The notes: generated by a model not told the origin, from the sequence alone. Positions 11,850 through 24,757 are shown, numbered from the stretch's first letter. The stretch: 64,000 bases of DNA from Octopus sinensis (GCF_006345805.1 NC_042997.1:6634001-6698000), one strand, 5' to 3'. Translations and numbers: made by a program.

Positions 11850-13300
11850 TGAATTCTTGGCAGAGATGAAGAAGAATAGGAAAAAGAAAGAGAAGAATAA
11901 GAGGAAGAAGAAGGACAAGAACAAGAAAGAGGAGGAGGAGGAGAAGAAGAAAAAGACGATAGTAATAAGATTTTAAATGGTCATATGCCCTGACGGAAGT
12001 AAGGATTCAAGTTTTGAGACATCTCTTTTGAATGTATTGTTTATTATATTTGCGTAGGTGTTATCCTAAACAACAATAGCAGTAAAGTAAGGATGGAGGT
12101 AGCGGAAAGGAAGAAAACGAACAAGAGAAGAGAGTATAAAAAAGGAATGGTATGATAGTAGTTGGATGTTTAATGGGCTGATGACCTAGTAGTGATGCGT
12201 TGTGGATTATAGCAGTGATTGGGACAGTTCTTTAACGATTCCTTGGGTACACACAACCCTCTTAATAATGAAACCTTCGACACCCTTCTTCAAAACATTT
12301 CCCTTCTTAAGAAGGACCACAGAATAAACTAAATCCTGAAAAACACACATTGACATGAAAAGCAAGAGACAGCCCAAATCTATGAAAAAATCTCCTAACA
12401 CAAGCCCGAATACGCTCAACAACAACACAGAAGCTGTCAGTAAAAAATTGCGGAAGATCCAACTGTGGGATATGCGTGAATTTAATTGAGGGATCAGAGT
12501 TCACCTTCAAAGAGGGACAGCGTTTCAAAGTGAAAAACAGCTTCACATGTGCTTCGGAGAACCTGATATACACACTAACCTACTCCGGGTGTCAATAGCT
12601 ATACAGACGCCAAACGAAAAACAGTCTACGTGAAATGATGGCTCTGCACAAATCCCATATGAACATTCACCAAAACAGAAATATATCATTCAGCCAACAC
12701 CTCGACATATGCGCCAATAACAAAAATCCAAGTTTCAGAATTTTCCCCTCTACAAATTCAGGGACGATACAATCTATAGCCAATAAATTAGTAAAGAGAA
12801 TCTCTTTATTACAAAATACAGATCCATTTTGAACGGATCTACAACAAACGACATATCCACCATGGCCTTAGAATAACACACTCGCAAATATTAAAACGAT
12901 ATATTCAAGAGATACCCAAGAATTCATTAAAAAACAGTCCCAATCAGTTATAATCCACAAGGAATCACTTCTAGGCAATCAACCATTTAACATTCTACTA
13001 CTGTCATACAACCCGCATTCCCTTATTATTCTCCCTTCTCTTTCTTCTTCGTATTCTTCCTCCCTCTCTCTCTCACACACACATACACACCTCCTGCCTT
13101 ACCTGGCTACTACTGCTTTTTAGAAGGACACCTACGAAAATATTATAAACAATACGTTCAAAAGAGATATTCCAAGAATTCAATCACTACTACAATCTAC
13201 AAGTCACTTTCAAGGCTTTTGATCATTTAACATCCTACTACTATCATTGCACCCCCACAATTTCTTCCTCTTTTCCTCCACCTCCTCATCCTCCTTTCTC
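11850..13300 (+). mobile_element. 5'-truncated Penelope-like element (Neptune-type) with inverted copy of its 3' region
   Basis: GIY-YIG remnant at 12250-12850; ~11960-12247 is an inverted copy of ~12915-13246 (e.g. TGGATTATAGCAGTGATTGGGACAGTTCTTTAACGATTCCTTGGG versus CCCAAGAATTCATTAAAAAACAGTCCCAATCAGTTATAATCCA). Confidence 0.8.
12250..12850 (+). pseudogene. PLE Cys-rich linker plus GIY-YIG endonuclease, disrupted
   Basis: CGRSNCGICVNLIEGSEFTFKEGQRFKVKNSFTCASENLIYTLTYSGCQ*LYRRQTKNSLREMMALHKSHMN...SQHLDIC: CxxxxCxxC finger, NLIY (GIY), YRRQT (YIGQT), conserved His residues; one internal stop. Confidence 0.85.
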
Positions 13301-16300
13301 TGCTACCTTTTTCAACGATTACAACTGCTTAATTTCCCAAGCTAACCTGTCATATCTCTCAGCTTTACTTTCTTCATTATCACATATCTTGTTGTCAGCT
13401 GGGCATGCTATATCTATGATCCCGCATAGTTTGTTTTATTTCTGAATTAAGACTATGTCCGGCTTCCTATACTCAATCTCATGGTCGTACTAAATTACAA
13501 AATCCCAGAGGATTTTTGCAATTTTATTTTCGACAATGCCTTCAGGTTTGTGACCGTACCAATTCTTTGCTCTGTCACGTCCATAATTGTTGCAAAGTGT
13601 CCAGTGGACAAACCTGGCTATATTGTCGTGGCGTCTCTTATACTCCTTCTGAGCTAGTGGCGTACATTGGCTGGTAATATGCCATAAGGCGTCACCGTTT
13701 TGTCAACCGTTTTTTGCACTTATACCTTCTGATATGTTGTCTATTTTGTATTTTATGTAGTTTTTTTCCTTAGTGCTTGCTCTTGGGCAGCACAGATTAG
13801 GGCCTCCGTTTCCGGGTTTAAATCAGTTTTAGTCATCCGCAGCCATCTTTTTTCTCCGTCTTTCTTATCTTCAACCTCCCTATGAAATTGACCATGCATT
13901 ATTTTCTACACCCATTTATTTTCAGTTTCATTTGTTTTCAATGTCTTCTATAGTGCGTTATCTTTGCAATTTTTCATCCTACACAAGCCTAACCTTCCAA
14001 CTGCTAATAATAGCGGTTGTGTGGCATTTTTGATATGCGATGATATGTTGTTTTCTCCTGCTCTAATACTGTGTTCGCATCCCATAAGTCATCTTCCCAT
14101 TCTTTTTCTTGTTGCCTACAGTCTGTCTCTGTCACGTTTTGGGTGCAAGGATCCATATCTAGTTAGCAACTTCCTTATCTTTCTGTCTCAGCTGTTTAGT
14201 TCGTCTAGTATCCATTCGATTACCCCTGCTCCATATCTAAGGAGTGAAACTGTTCAGGAGTTGATAGCTTCGATCTTATTCCTTCCGTTTACTTTCGACA
14301 TTAGGATCAGTCTCTGTCTGCAAGTACTCAGCCTTAAAATTTTCTGTCATTTCTTTCACCATTATTTATCCATTTCCAAAATCCCCAAGTACTTATAGCC
14401 CGTCTCTTCAATCCGCTTCATAACGTCCGCCGACGGTATCGTTATTCCGATTATACATTTGATTTTGCCTCATTTCAATACTAACACAACACACTTTCTC
14501 AGTGGGAACTCCATTCTGATAACAGTACTGAAGGTATAAACCGTATCAACGAGGGAACTGACTTGGGCTTGATCTTTACGATAAAGTTTGAGGTCATCAA
14601 TGAATAGCAAACAGTTGAGTTTTTGTTGGCGGCTTTTTAATACATACACAGCTTTTGCTTTCCTCAGAATCAGTGTTAGTGTTATCAAGCACAATACAAA
14701 GATCAGTGGAGAGAGGCAGTCCTCTCGATAGTTGCCCCTCCTAATTTCTGCTGTGATGTCCGTCTTCTAATTCTCCATATTTTTACCAAGCAATCGCTCA
14801 AAATTAGAGGCAATCCCAAACAGGTTCATACACTCCATAATCCAAGAATGTGGGATCATATCGTACGCCTTTCGATAGTCGATCCATGGCATGGCTATGT
14901 TACTTTTCCTTCTCTTGCAGTCTCACAATACAGTTTTATCTATCAGGTGTCCATCCTTGGTACCACTGCCCTACTGCTCGTGGCAGGATTCTATTTTTTT
15001 CTATATGTTCGTATATTAACTGCGTGTATTTCAGCCAATAACTTCCACAGAAGTGGCAAACAGGATATCGGCCTGTAATTGTTTACCGTATTGCCTTTTT
15101 CGATGATTTACAGGTACAGTACTGCCCTACCCAATATCAACCACTCTGGTGTTGCTTGGTCGGCATTTAACAAGGTGTTGAGTTGCGCGGCTATTCGTCC
15201 ATGTCATTCACCAAATATTTTGATCCAGTAGCCTTGAACTCCATCTAGTCCCAGGGCTTTCTAGTTGCTAATTATTTTGCTAATTTCGTTCACTTCCCTA
15301 ACTGAACTCACTAGTTCTTCCTGTTTCAATTCTTGCAACCATTCAACATCCTTCTAGTGCTCCTTGTCTTTGATCCAGATGTCAGTCCAAAACCTTTTGC
15401 TTTCAATGTTATCTGCTATCATCATTTCATTCGTACATATTCCATCTATTTCTTTATAGAATCCCTCTGATCTACCCTGAATAACTATTCTGGTAGTAAC
15501 CCTTCATTCTTTGGTCGTATTTTACCATCTTTGGTTTCTTTGCAACGAGCTGATGTTTCAGTTCCTTCACTTCTACTTTCAGGTCCTTTCTTTCAATATT
15601 ATATTTCCTTTTAGCGCCCTGTATTTTTCTTCGCTTTTAAGCTCCCCTTTCTCCTTTTGGTCAACACAGAGATTTCCTTCGAGAGCATGACTAACCCTGC
15701 CCGGATTCGTCTTTTCCACCATGGATCTTTTCTTTGTTACTCCCATTATATTTCTTTTTCTTGAGATCGACACCCACATTTTCTGCTACAACAATGCTTG
15801 CTGCCTTGATCAAATTATTTGTTTCTGTGATGTTGTTTCTTCTGTAGTATTTCAGAATTTCATTGACATTTTTCTTTTCTTGGTTCAATTCCAATCGATC
15901 AACCAATTTAAGGCTGCAAATAATGTTGCTAACATTCTCTTGCAATCTTATTTTTATTCTGTCGTAGATTGCCTTCTGTTAATGTGTCATGTGGCTATTA
16001 GTTTTATTGTCTTCTTTTAGATCATCTATATGTCTTTCATCAAGTAATCTACCACTGCTCCTTTCCTGTTCTATGAGATTACACTTAATAGTAAGAACTG
16101 TATTTTCATGTTTATCTATGCTGCTGTTGTTTATGACCCGTCTTTTGATAGCTTCGAGCTGTACGTCTGTGAACACCCAATTTTTCTTGATCACATAGTC
16201 TCTCTTCCGAGAATCGAAACAATCCCTTTTCTCTCCAATGATCATACATACGTTGCCCGTAACCCCTAATTTGAGAACCATTATCATCTACCGGGTTGCT

Positions 16301-16430
16301 CAGGTAGTATCACTCCATGGCCACAGCATTAATTTGTTTGCTCCATCTACGCCGTATGTTGTAATGAAATCAATGTTGGTAACAGTGAGATTCTGGTCCG
16401 GCTCCAGCCTACCGTAAATGGAACAAACGA
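13300..16430 (-). mobile_element. R4/Dong-type non-LTR retrotransposon (RT plus restriction-like endonuclease), decayed, 3' end cut
   Basis: Reverse-strand motifs in order: N-terminal WSKQINAVAME..YYLSNP, KALGLDGVQGYWIK, NYRPISCLPLLWKLL, WIDYRKAYDMIPHSWI, DCLSPLIFVL, LLFIDDLKLY, HITSQCTPLAQKEYKRRHDNIARFVHW, KILWDF, RKPDIV, IIDIACPAD, ERYDRLAWEIKQL. Multiple frameshifts and stops. Confidence 0.92.
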
Positions 16431-16459
16431 GTTATCATCATCATCATCATCATCATTAT

Positions 16460-17150
16460 TATTTCCCTTTATAAGATGTTCTGTTGGAGCTCCTGATGCC
16501 TTACATGCGTAGCTGGTTTGCTACTTATCTGCAGCCTTTTTGCACCATGCTATCCATTCTTTCACTTATCTAATACTTTCCTGATTATTCTTGCCGTGCC
16601 AAGGAGGTAAACCTTTTGTAACATTTCTACAGGGCTCTCTATTCAAATTTCTTTTATTTTTCCCTAGATTTCTTCTGATACTATTCCCAAGGACCCCAAA
16701 ATAATTGGCAATATCTTCGCCTTCTTCATTTTCCATTGCCGGGCTATTTGTCACTGAAGAGCCAGGCATTTAGCTAGTTTTTCGTCTTTCTATTTGACTA
16801 TTCATGAGTCAAAGGGGTATGCAACATCAACTATACAGTACATGTGTTGCATCATTTCCTCCATCATTAGGTTAGTTATGCTCTCACACTGATCAGTTGG
16901 ATTGGAAAATCCCAGAGGGCTTTGCTACTTTCCGACTCCCCCACTTTCGGCAGTTTGTGCTCATAACAAGTCTTACCTCTTCTCTAGGCCCCACTTTCCG
17001 CACAGTTCCCAATGTAGCACTTTCGCTACCTCATCGTAGTTGTTTTGTGCAAGTCTAGAGGATGTCATCGTGATATGGACAATGATTTTATCCACTCTGT
17101 TCCAGATGCGGTTAAACGAGACGCTTGCACATTCCTAAGTCTGACTCTCA
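16460..17150 (-). mobile_element. 3' fragment of a second R4-like RLE retrotransposon
   Basis: Reverse strand: VHIT..LAQNNYDEVAKVLHWELCGKWGL..YEHK..KALWDFPIQ..IVDVAYPFD; ends at a (TAA)/(TGA) tract at ~16435-16462. Confidence 0.7.
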
Positions 17151-17216
17151 ATAACACCATCATCATCATTGTCATCATTAATATTATTATTATTACTATT
17201 ATTATGATTATTATTA

Positions 17217-17773
17217 CTGAGTGAGAGAGCAGTGTATGCCATCATAATGACACTGGGCTAAAATATACGAATCCCAGTATAATCTACCATAACTATCCGT
17301 CCGATAAGAATACACTAGGCACATGCATCACAACCATATGTGCGCGACATGCTGATCTCATATCAAGATAAACAGCACATGACCTTGCAGGTATGGCCAA
17401 GTTAGATTTCGTTCTGGTCGAGTAACCCATACCGCTCAAAAGGTTCCTGATTGAGGGTTGTTTAAGGGTGTTGAACGAAACACCCATGTTTCCAACGGTG
17501 AATTATTCAAACCCTAAAGAATCCCTCTCAACACATGGCTATGATGCTCCCCCCGCTAATTCTGCTCATTATCAGAGATGTACATATCGTCATTCATTAT
17601 GGTGCATGCTCAACTGGCTAAGGTCAAACAACTGACAAGCAAATCTGTGGTATTGAGCAGAATATTTGCTGTAGCCCATCTTTTATACCAAGAGAAAACA
17701 ACGTACATGATAACACTTCCAATCAGTTTAGATCTGAAAGCACGAGAGCCACTGCCTAGTACTGCATCAGGGC
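17217..17773 (-). mobile_element. ~555-bp non-coding interspersed element in (TAA)n, copy 1
   Basis: Flanked on both sides by ATT repeats; homologous along its length to 23912-24402 in opposite orientation. Strand is inferred from the TAA tail. Confidence 0.75.
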
Positions 17774-20329
17774 TATTATTATTATTTTTTTTATTATTAT
17801 TATTATTATTAATCTCTCTATGTTCAGGTCTGTGACTTTGGTTAAATTTCGATCTTTCAGAAAATAATAACTTTCATCTTTATGTTTATTCGTTAAGCAT
17901 ACATACATACGTATACTTGCACAATTCCATATAATGCATATACCTACATACTTAATCAAATACGGATAGACACTAAATAATAAGACACAAACTCACGCAT
18001 ACACCTTTGCACGAAATCTTCGAACATTTTTTGTACTCTCTTCTACACTTTCCCTTTTATAAGGATCTATAATTCATATTAAATATTCAAACAGGCATGA
18101 GATGAATCTTGCAACATTTAATTGCCGTTAGACGAAATATTTCGCTTGAACTAGTTTTATAAGATTATCTCTTTGTGAGATACATAGATAAAAATATTAA
18201 ATTTCGCACGGAGACTTTACATTGATTTTCTCATCTTAATTCTAAGAAAAGTTCAACCTTATCAGAATATCATTCTGATTTCCCTAGCTGCTTGCTTTTT
18301 CTCCGTTGGCTGATGTAACCATTTGAATTAATATACGTCTGTATAACTGGCATGAGATCATGTAAGCAAAGGAAAGACAGCCAAATGGATTTCGCTAGCG
18401 TTCGTTTGTAGGAAAATATATATTGCTTCTCCGAAACTTTTACACAGAGGATTATGGGAAATCTATAGAGTACATTTGTTGACTACAAATTATCAATTCT
18501 TATGAAGTAAGAAGTAAAAGACACGCAATTAAACGCATGTACGGATGATCTATTTCCTATATTTTATGAATAAATATCTAGACATGCTTCAGTAACCTTG
18601 TTCAGGAAATGTATGTACATGTGTCATGTTCTCTAGGTATTTGTAAATGAATGTGGCGATAAAAGGATATCAGTGTAATCGTCATACAGACATACACATG
18701 GAAAGAGAAGAACACTCCCAAGAATATGTTCATAAGATTTAACTATTCATTCAGCTGTGAGTTACATTTGGTGTTACGCTTAGCGGTTTATGTACTTTTA
18801 TTTTATTTTTATCATTATCCAATTTCTGATTGCCGTATTTCATTTTCTTTTCCTCATTTATTTCCTTATCTATTTACCTCTCTGCCTTTTATGTGTTTTG
18901 AATATGTGTGTGCGTGCGAGTATGTGTGTGTTCGTGCGAATATATGTGTGTGCGTATGTATGCGTGTGTGTGTGCGTGTGTGTGTATGCGCGTCTGGGTA
19001 TATTCGTTTAGTCTTATGTCCGTATATGTATGAGATTTTCTTTACAGTAATGTTTCGTATAACAAATCAAAACGAATCTATGTACGCTCATGCATTAAAG
19101 ATATGTGTGTATTTTTGCATATGTGTGTGTATATATATATATGTGTGTGTGTGCGTATGTATGTGTGTGTGAATAGGTTTCACTTGTTAGAAATTGTGTG
19201 GGTAGGTATTAACAAATATTACGCTGCCTCAATTTATAACATCTCCCAGACGAGTCAATTTCGATTTTTCTGTGATGAAGTTAAAAGAAAATATAAGCTC
19301 TTATGCTGATGAGCTCGAAATATATGTCTCGTGAACTTCTACTCTCACCTCGCAAACTTACATGTTATGCTTTTATCCAGAATCTTAGTGTGGTGGTAAA
19401 TAGTTTTTAACTCTAACATGCATTACAATTGACATACGAATATACTCAAATACCCATTCATGTACACAAATATTAAAGATTCGTACCTGCTTAATCAAAT
19501 TAAACTAATATTTGGATTTTGAGGCAGTAAAATAACACCTGGTTATCATGAAGATTTTTATCAATCGAAAATAACGATTAAAAAGCTGCAATTATTATGA
19601 GAGCGCACTTGGCTTGTGGAAATATGTGGAGTGCCCAAACATATGTCCTTCTTGAATAATTTTCCCTTTCAATTTCAAAGAAATTTTGTTTTTTCGTAAA
19701 CATGTTATAACGTCAAATAAGTATAAATATATTTCGTACACAACCTTATATATAAAAGTATGCAATTATTTATATTGGGTCATCAAACATGAACACTTTT
19801 CAATGTCATAATTACAACCTGCAGAAATAGTAGTCATTCCTCTCTGCTTCTCTGTCTCTCTACTTCTCGTTCACTTTCTCTTTGTATTTAAACGCCTTCG
19901 CACACGCACGCACGCCACACACACACACACCTTCACGTATATACACATTTAGTGTCGAAACAGCAAATTCAGCTAAATATACGATGACAAGGAATCATTC
20001 CTAACATGAAGACAAGAAATATTCGTTGTGATACGGAATTTTGTCGAAATTGAAAGAAATGTAAATAAACGACGAATCAAATTTTCATTGGTAAACAAAC
20101 ACCAAAATATTCCCTGGAGTGTAGTCACACAATTCCTAATTAGAAAATAGATTAGAATTGGAAAGAAATGATACTTTATTGTGTTGGTATTTTCAGAATT
20201 AAGGAAATCCGAGGATAGGCTAAAATGATAGTTAGTTTGTACAGGAAGTAAAATAAACAATTTTGAACAAAATCATGTCTATGTTGTTTTAATAATATTG
20301 AATAAATTATCAAAGGCTCCGATGGATAA

Positions 20330-20830
20330 GACCAAGTTACACGCCAATTTATTAGAGATAAGCTGTGTTCTATTTACGAATTACATTGCAATTGAATTTT
20401 GTTCATCAACCAAAGCTGATATCGCTGTTAATAAAAGTGGTTACTAAAATCAGACGTAAAGTCTCTGAGATGGTACATGAGTTATGATATTAATCTAGTA
20501 ATATTTGATACCAGTGACAAACTAGATGATGATAGATCCGGAGTAAAATCAAGCATGAACAATGATAATGGAGTGAGGTTGCTTTAAGGAAGCAAGTTCT
20601 GTATCATGAGTATTGGAAATACTTTTTGCAGACAGAATCTTAAGTAGACAACTGCATTTAGCAGTATCATAAATGAAATTAATTGTCGTTGTACAAGTCC
20701 GAAGTGGTGTTTTTTCTGTTTGGCACTGGCATGTGCGTACCTACGTAGGAGCTGATGTAGGATCATATCATACCATGGTTAGAGGAAAAATTCGCCAGAA
20801 GTTTAAAATACAAATAATTCCCAACAGCGA
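20330..20830 (+). pseudogene. APE endonuclease remnant of an RTE-type LINE
   Basis: NDNGVRLL, IGNT, NEIN..SPKW, HVRTYVGADVGSYHTMVRGKI (cf. DVRxxRGADxxSDHxLV). Confidence 0.65.
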
Positions 20831-20922
20831 GATTATAAAAGGGAAATATATTCCGTGAGACACAAGATTAAGATAATGTTAACGAAGGTTGTTATATCAG
20901 ACCATTTTCAATTGCATTGTAT

Positions 20923-21085
20923 ATAAAGCACGATTTATTCGTGATCAGAGGCGTTCGTAAACCGAGGTATAACTGTATTAAATGAATATGAAAAAGGTAG
21001 GAGATAAAGTACGATTTATTCTTGATCAGAGTTTTTCGAAAACTGAGGTTGTATTGTATATAGTCAACGTAAGAGAATAACGGAT
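20923..21085. repeat. Degenerate tandem duplication, ~81-bp unit x2
   Basis: AAAGCACGATTTATTCGTGATCAGAGGCGTTCGTAAACCGAGGT versus AAAGTACGATTTATTCTTGATCAGAGTTTTTCGAAAACTGAGGT. Confidence 0.8.
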
Positions 21086-22619
21086 AACAGCTGATAATGC
21101 AAAATGGGAAAGTATCCTGCAAGTGTGTAATGTAGCAAACGAAGACAACATACTTGTGAATGTAAAAAATAAAATGAATTTACGAAAGACACAAGAAGAG
21201 TAGTTTGGAGAATCTGCCTGAGTTTCCGTATTTAGTCATATATGATTGTGAATTTTTGTGTATACCCACATCTATATGTAGATCTACGATTGTGTTGGTG
21301 ATAACATATTCTAAGCTATACATTTCCACCTTCGGCATATACGTTTACATATATACGGATCTTCATAAGGGATTATGTATAAATCTATCTTCATATATTC
21401 ATGTATCAATAACTAACCTTGTTTCTTCTTTTTGTGTGTGTATTTATATATTTATGTATCATTAACTAACCTTGTATCTATTATTTTATGTATGCATGCA
21501 TACGCGTATATCTGTTATTCTATATCTACGCATGTTCTTATATGCTTAAATATGTATGCTTCTTGGCGTGTAGTTACATACATAGTCATCTGTAACTATA
21601 TAGCTATTCCAATTCAGAACAATATTTCAATGTTGTCATTAATCAGCAATATGATATTCTTTCACAGCCGCTCACCGAGTCCAGAAATTCATACACCAAT
21701 ATATTCATATCTATAGTCATTTACTAATTATCAACTAGATACTCACAGAAGCAATCTGCCTTACATATTTGCAGCCGTTGTTACGTTTACTCAGCTTGAT
21801 TTAGTTTCTTTTTTTCCATTGTTGATATTGTGTCAAATCGATAAACTTATTTGTGTTTCACTGCCATACACCACAAACCTTGAGCAACGAACACATCAAG
21901 ATACATACCTATCATTCCCACCGATAATACGACCTTTACTTTTTACAGCACCATTTCAACACTAGACTCTCTATGATTCCGTTGCACCTCTTCTTTAAAA
22001 TTGCATATTCCTACAAGAACTCACCAGTTCTCATTTCATACATGGCTGGTGAAGTTACCAATATTTTTTTCTTTATATGATGATTGCAAATTCAAACTTC
22101 CAGCTTACAGGATATGTTCATATTACAACGGTTCAAAAAGTATATTATTTCGTACATTCAGTTTTGTGTTCTCCTTTTTATAGATTTATGCATATTAAAT
22201 AAATAAGAGCGTCAGAATTAATCCATACGCACACAGGCACAGACACATACATACATATGCACACAAGCACATTGTCATATATTTATATGTGCATGTGTAT
22301 TTATATGGGTGTGAGAGAGGAAGAGAAACTATTCCTTGATTGTCTTTTTCGGCATTTGTTTGAGAAGACTGAATGAAGGAAGTGCTAGAAAACTTGTTCT
22401 CAATTTCTTTCCGTGATTCAAATATTACACCTGCCTGTAGGTCATATTTCGTAATCGAAATGTTTATTTGATAGTCAGTTGCTCGAGTTGACTTTAATCA
22501 CCGTGATGTTTTCTATTTTAGGCATGCAACCATAACTATCATTTAAATATTGCCATTTACATCAGCGAATTTGTGTCCTAATGGAAGCAGCTTCCGGAAA
22601 TTACTAGAAATAACTAACT

Positions 22620-22975
22620 CAAGAGCATAAGAAGAAATATTGTTGGACAGTTACGTGAGAAAACTATAAAATTGAGATATAACTCTAAATGGTAAGATAA
22701 GAGTTGTATCACACGGAAAGTTTATGGTAATTCCCAAATCTACGAAGTCCGAGTGCTAGTCATAGGAACACCCAAGTGCCTTCTATTGTAAAAAACAATA
22801 CATTTGGGAGCAGTTACAATTTCCGTGTAATTTAATGGTATGTCCAATTCCGGATATGTATAAAATTGAAATAAACAGCATATCAAGTCACACATGGCAC
22901 TGGAAGAAATTTAATATTCTTTGATCTATGAAGCAATGGTTTAACAAATAAAGCTCTGTTAAAAATACATGCTTA
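22620..22975 (+). mobile_element. Possible RLE retrotransposon 3' end
   Basis: EKTIKLRY..ESLW..YEVRVLVIGT (cf. EKxxKY..LW..VxPxVIGxLG), then AATAAA and a long TAA/TAT tract. Confidence 0.35.
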
Positions 22976-22981
22976 ATAATA

Positions 22982-23065
<84 letters not shown>

Positions 23066-23110
23066 ATTATTATTATTATTATTATTATGTTATTATTATT
23101 ATTATTATTT
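22975..23110. repeat. (TAT)n microsatellite
   Basis: Direct reading. Confidence 0.97.
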
Positions 23111-23689
23111 AATTTCACATTCTGAAATCCTAGCAATATCTTTTGAGGGAGACGAACGGATAAAGCACATCATTTTATTAAGCGAATTAAGACAAGATAT
23201 TGATGAGGGTGGAGGTTCATGAATACGACGACTCACTTAGATCTCAGCAGAGAATCCTATTATACTAGTAAGCACTATCTTAGAAGAATATATGTAAGCA
23301 TTGAGGTGATGCTATAAATTGAAGCGTTAAATGTGTACGAATCATATTTTTGTTGGTATCATAAATGCACAAAACACGATACAAGAGAATGTATGTTAGT
23401 TCTTTGCTGATAATGCACAGACATCCACCTATCTCTCTTTACATGACAGTATGTGCGCGTTTGTATGTATTTGCGGTTGTTGCCCAATAATTTTTAAAGT
23501 ACCAGAAGAAAACAAACAGGCACTTATATATAAGGTAGTAACAAGGATAGTTTACTATTATTACATATATAATATTATACCTTACGCGAGTCAGTCGCTA
23601 TTCACGTACATATTCATATAAAAAAATGGATGTGTCAATTTAGCCGTGAATACCATGTCTGAATAGAAGAGCATGAACTGGTCTCTTTG

Positions 23690-23850
23690 GTACTTGAGGT
23701 CTGAAAACACTACTTGCAAACTGACGGCCACAGAGTTATGGTTGTTTTCTATCCTCCACGAGTCTATTCTACAGCATATCGGCCGACGCCTGGTAAATTT
23801 ACCTTCCAATTTCGCATGGAACATTGAGAGTCAGTGTCTATCATGAAACT
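23690..23850 (-). pseudogene. RTE LINE C-terminal remnant
   Basis: AKLEGKFTRRRPICCRIDSW resembles the RTE C-terminal GKxEGKRxRGRPxxxW. Confidence 0.4.
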
Positions 23851-23911
23851 ATAATATGCAGATGATATTATCATTGATGATGATGATGATGATGATGATG
23901 TTAATGATGTA

Positions 23912-24402
23912 TGCTCTGATGCCGTACCAGGTAGTGGCTCTCATGGTTATTGATCTTAACTGACAGTAAATTTTATATACAAGTTTTGTCATGACATGAA
24001 AGATTGGCTACAGCAAACACTCTGTTCAATACCAAAGATTTCCATGTGCAATGCTTGACCACGACCAGTTGAGCATGTTCCTTAGTGACTGACCATATGT
24101 ATTGGGAGAAATTCTTTTCGGTCTGAATATTTTACCTCAAGAAACATGGATGTTTTGTTCATCCTCCTTCACCAAACCGTATTCAGAGACATTTTGAGCG
24201 GGCTTATTACACGACATGAAAATATTCTGACGGGATCACAATTGTAAGATCATGCGCCAATTATCTTGACATAAGATCCCCATGATTGCTATGAATGTGC
24301 CTAATGTACACTTATTAGATGAGTAGTCCTGGTGGTTATATTGGGTTTCGTACATTTGTACCCCAGTGTCATTTTCATGGCATGCGCTCTACTCTCACGC
24401 AA
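23912..24402 (+). mobile_element. Older copy of the (TAA)-associated non-coding element, copy 2
   Basis: GCTCTGATGCCGTACCAGGTAGTGGCTCTC...CCCAGTGTCATTTTCATGGCATGCGCTCTACTCTCAC matches the reverse complement of 17217-17773; preceded by (TGA)n, followed by AATAGTAACAATAAT. Confidence 0.7.
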
Positions 24403-24757
24403 TAGTAACAATAATAGGATTATATGTATGTGTGTGTGTGTGTGTGCGTGTATGTATATGTATACTGTTCGTTCTAGTGCTATTTATAAATACATTTCAA
24501 CAATATATTGAAGGTTCACTCAATAGTATTTCAGGAGTGTATTATATTTATTACCTCTTACAAGCTGACAGTAACTAAAGGTTTCGGCTTATTAGCTCTG
24601 ATCTGATTCTCTGATGACAGCTAATAAAGCCCGCGAAATTTCGACGTTCTATAAAACATTATTTCTAAAAATGAATATACAAACATACATACGTACATAT
24701 TTAAGTACATACAGCCACACACACACACACACACATACACACACACATATATATACG

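Noticed and set aside
13964-16198. Plus-strand ORFs (13964-14398, 14848-15078, 15721-16020, 15989-16198)
   Set aside because: Antisense to the decayed R4-type ORF.
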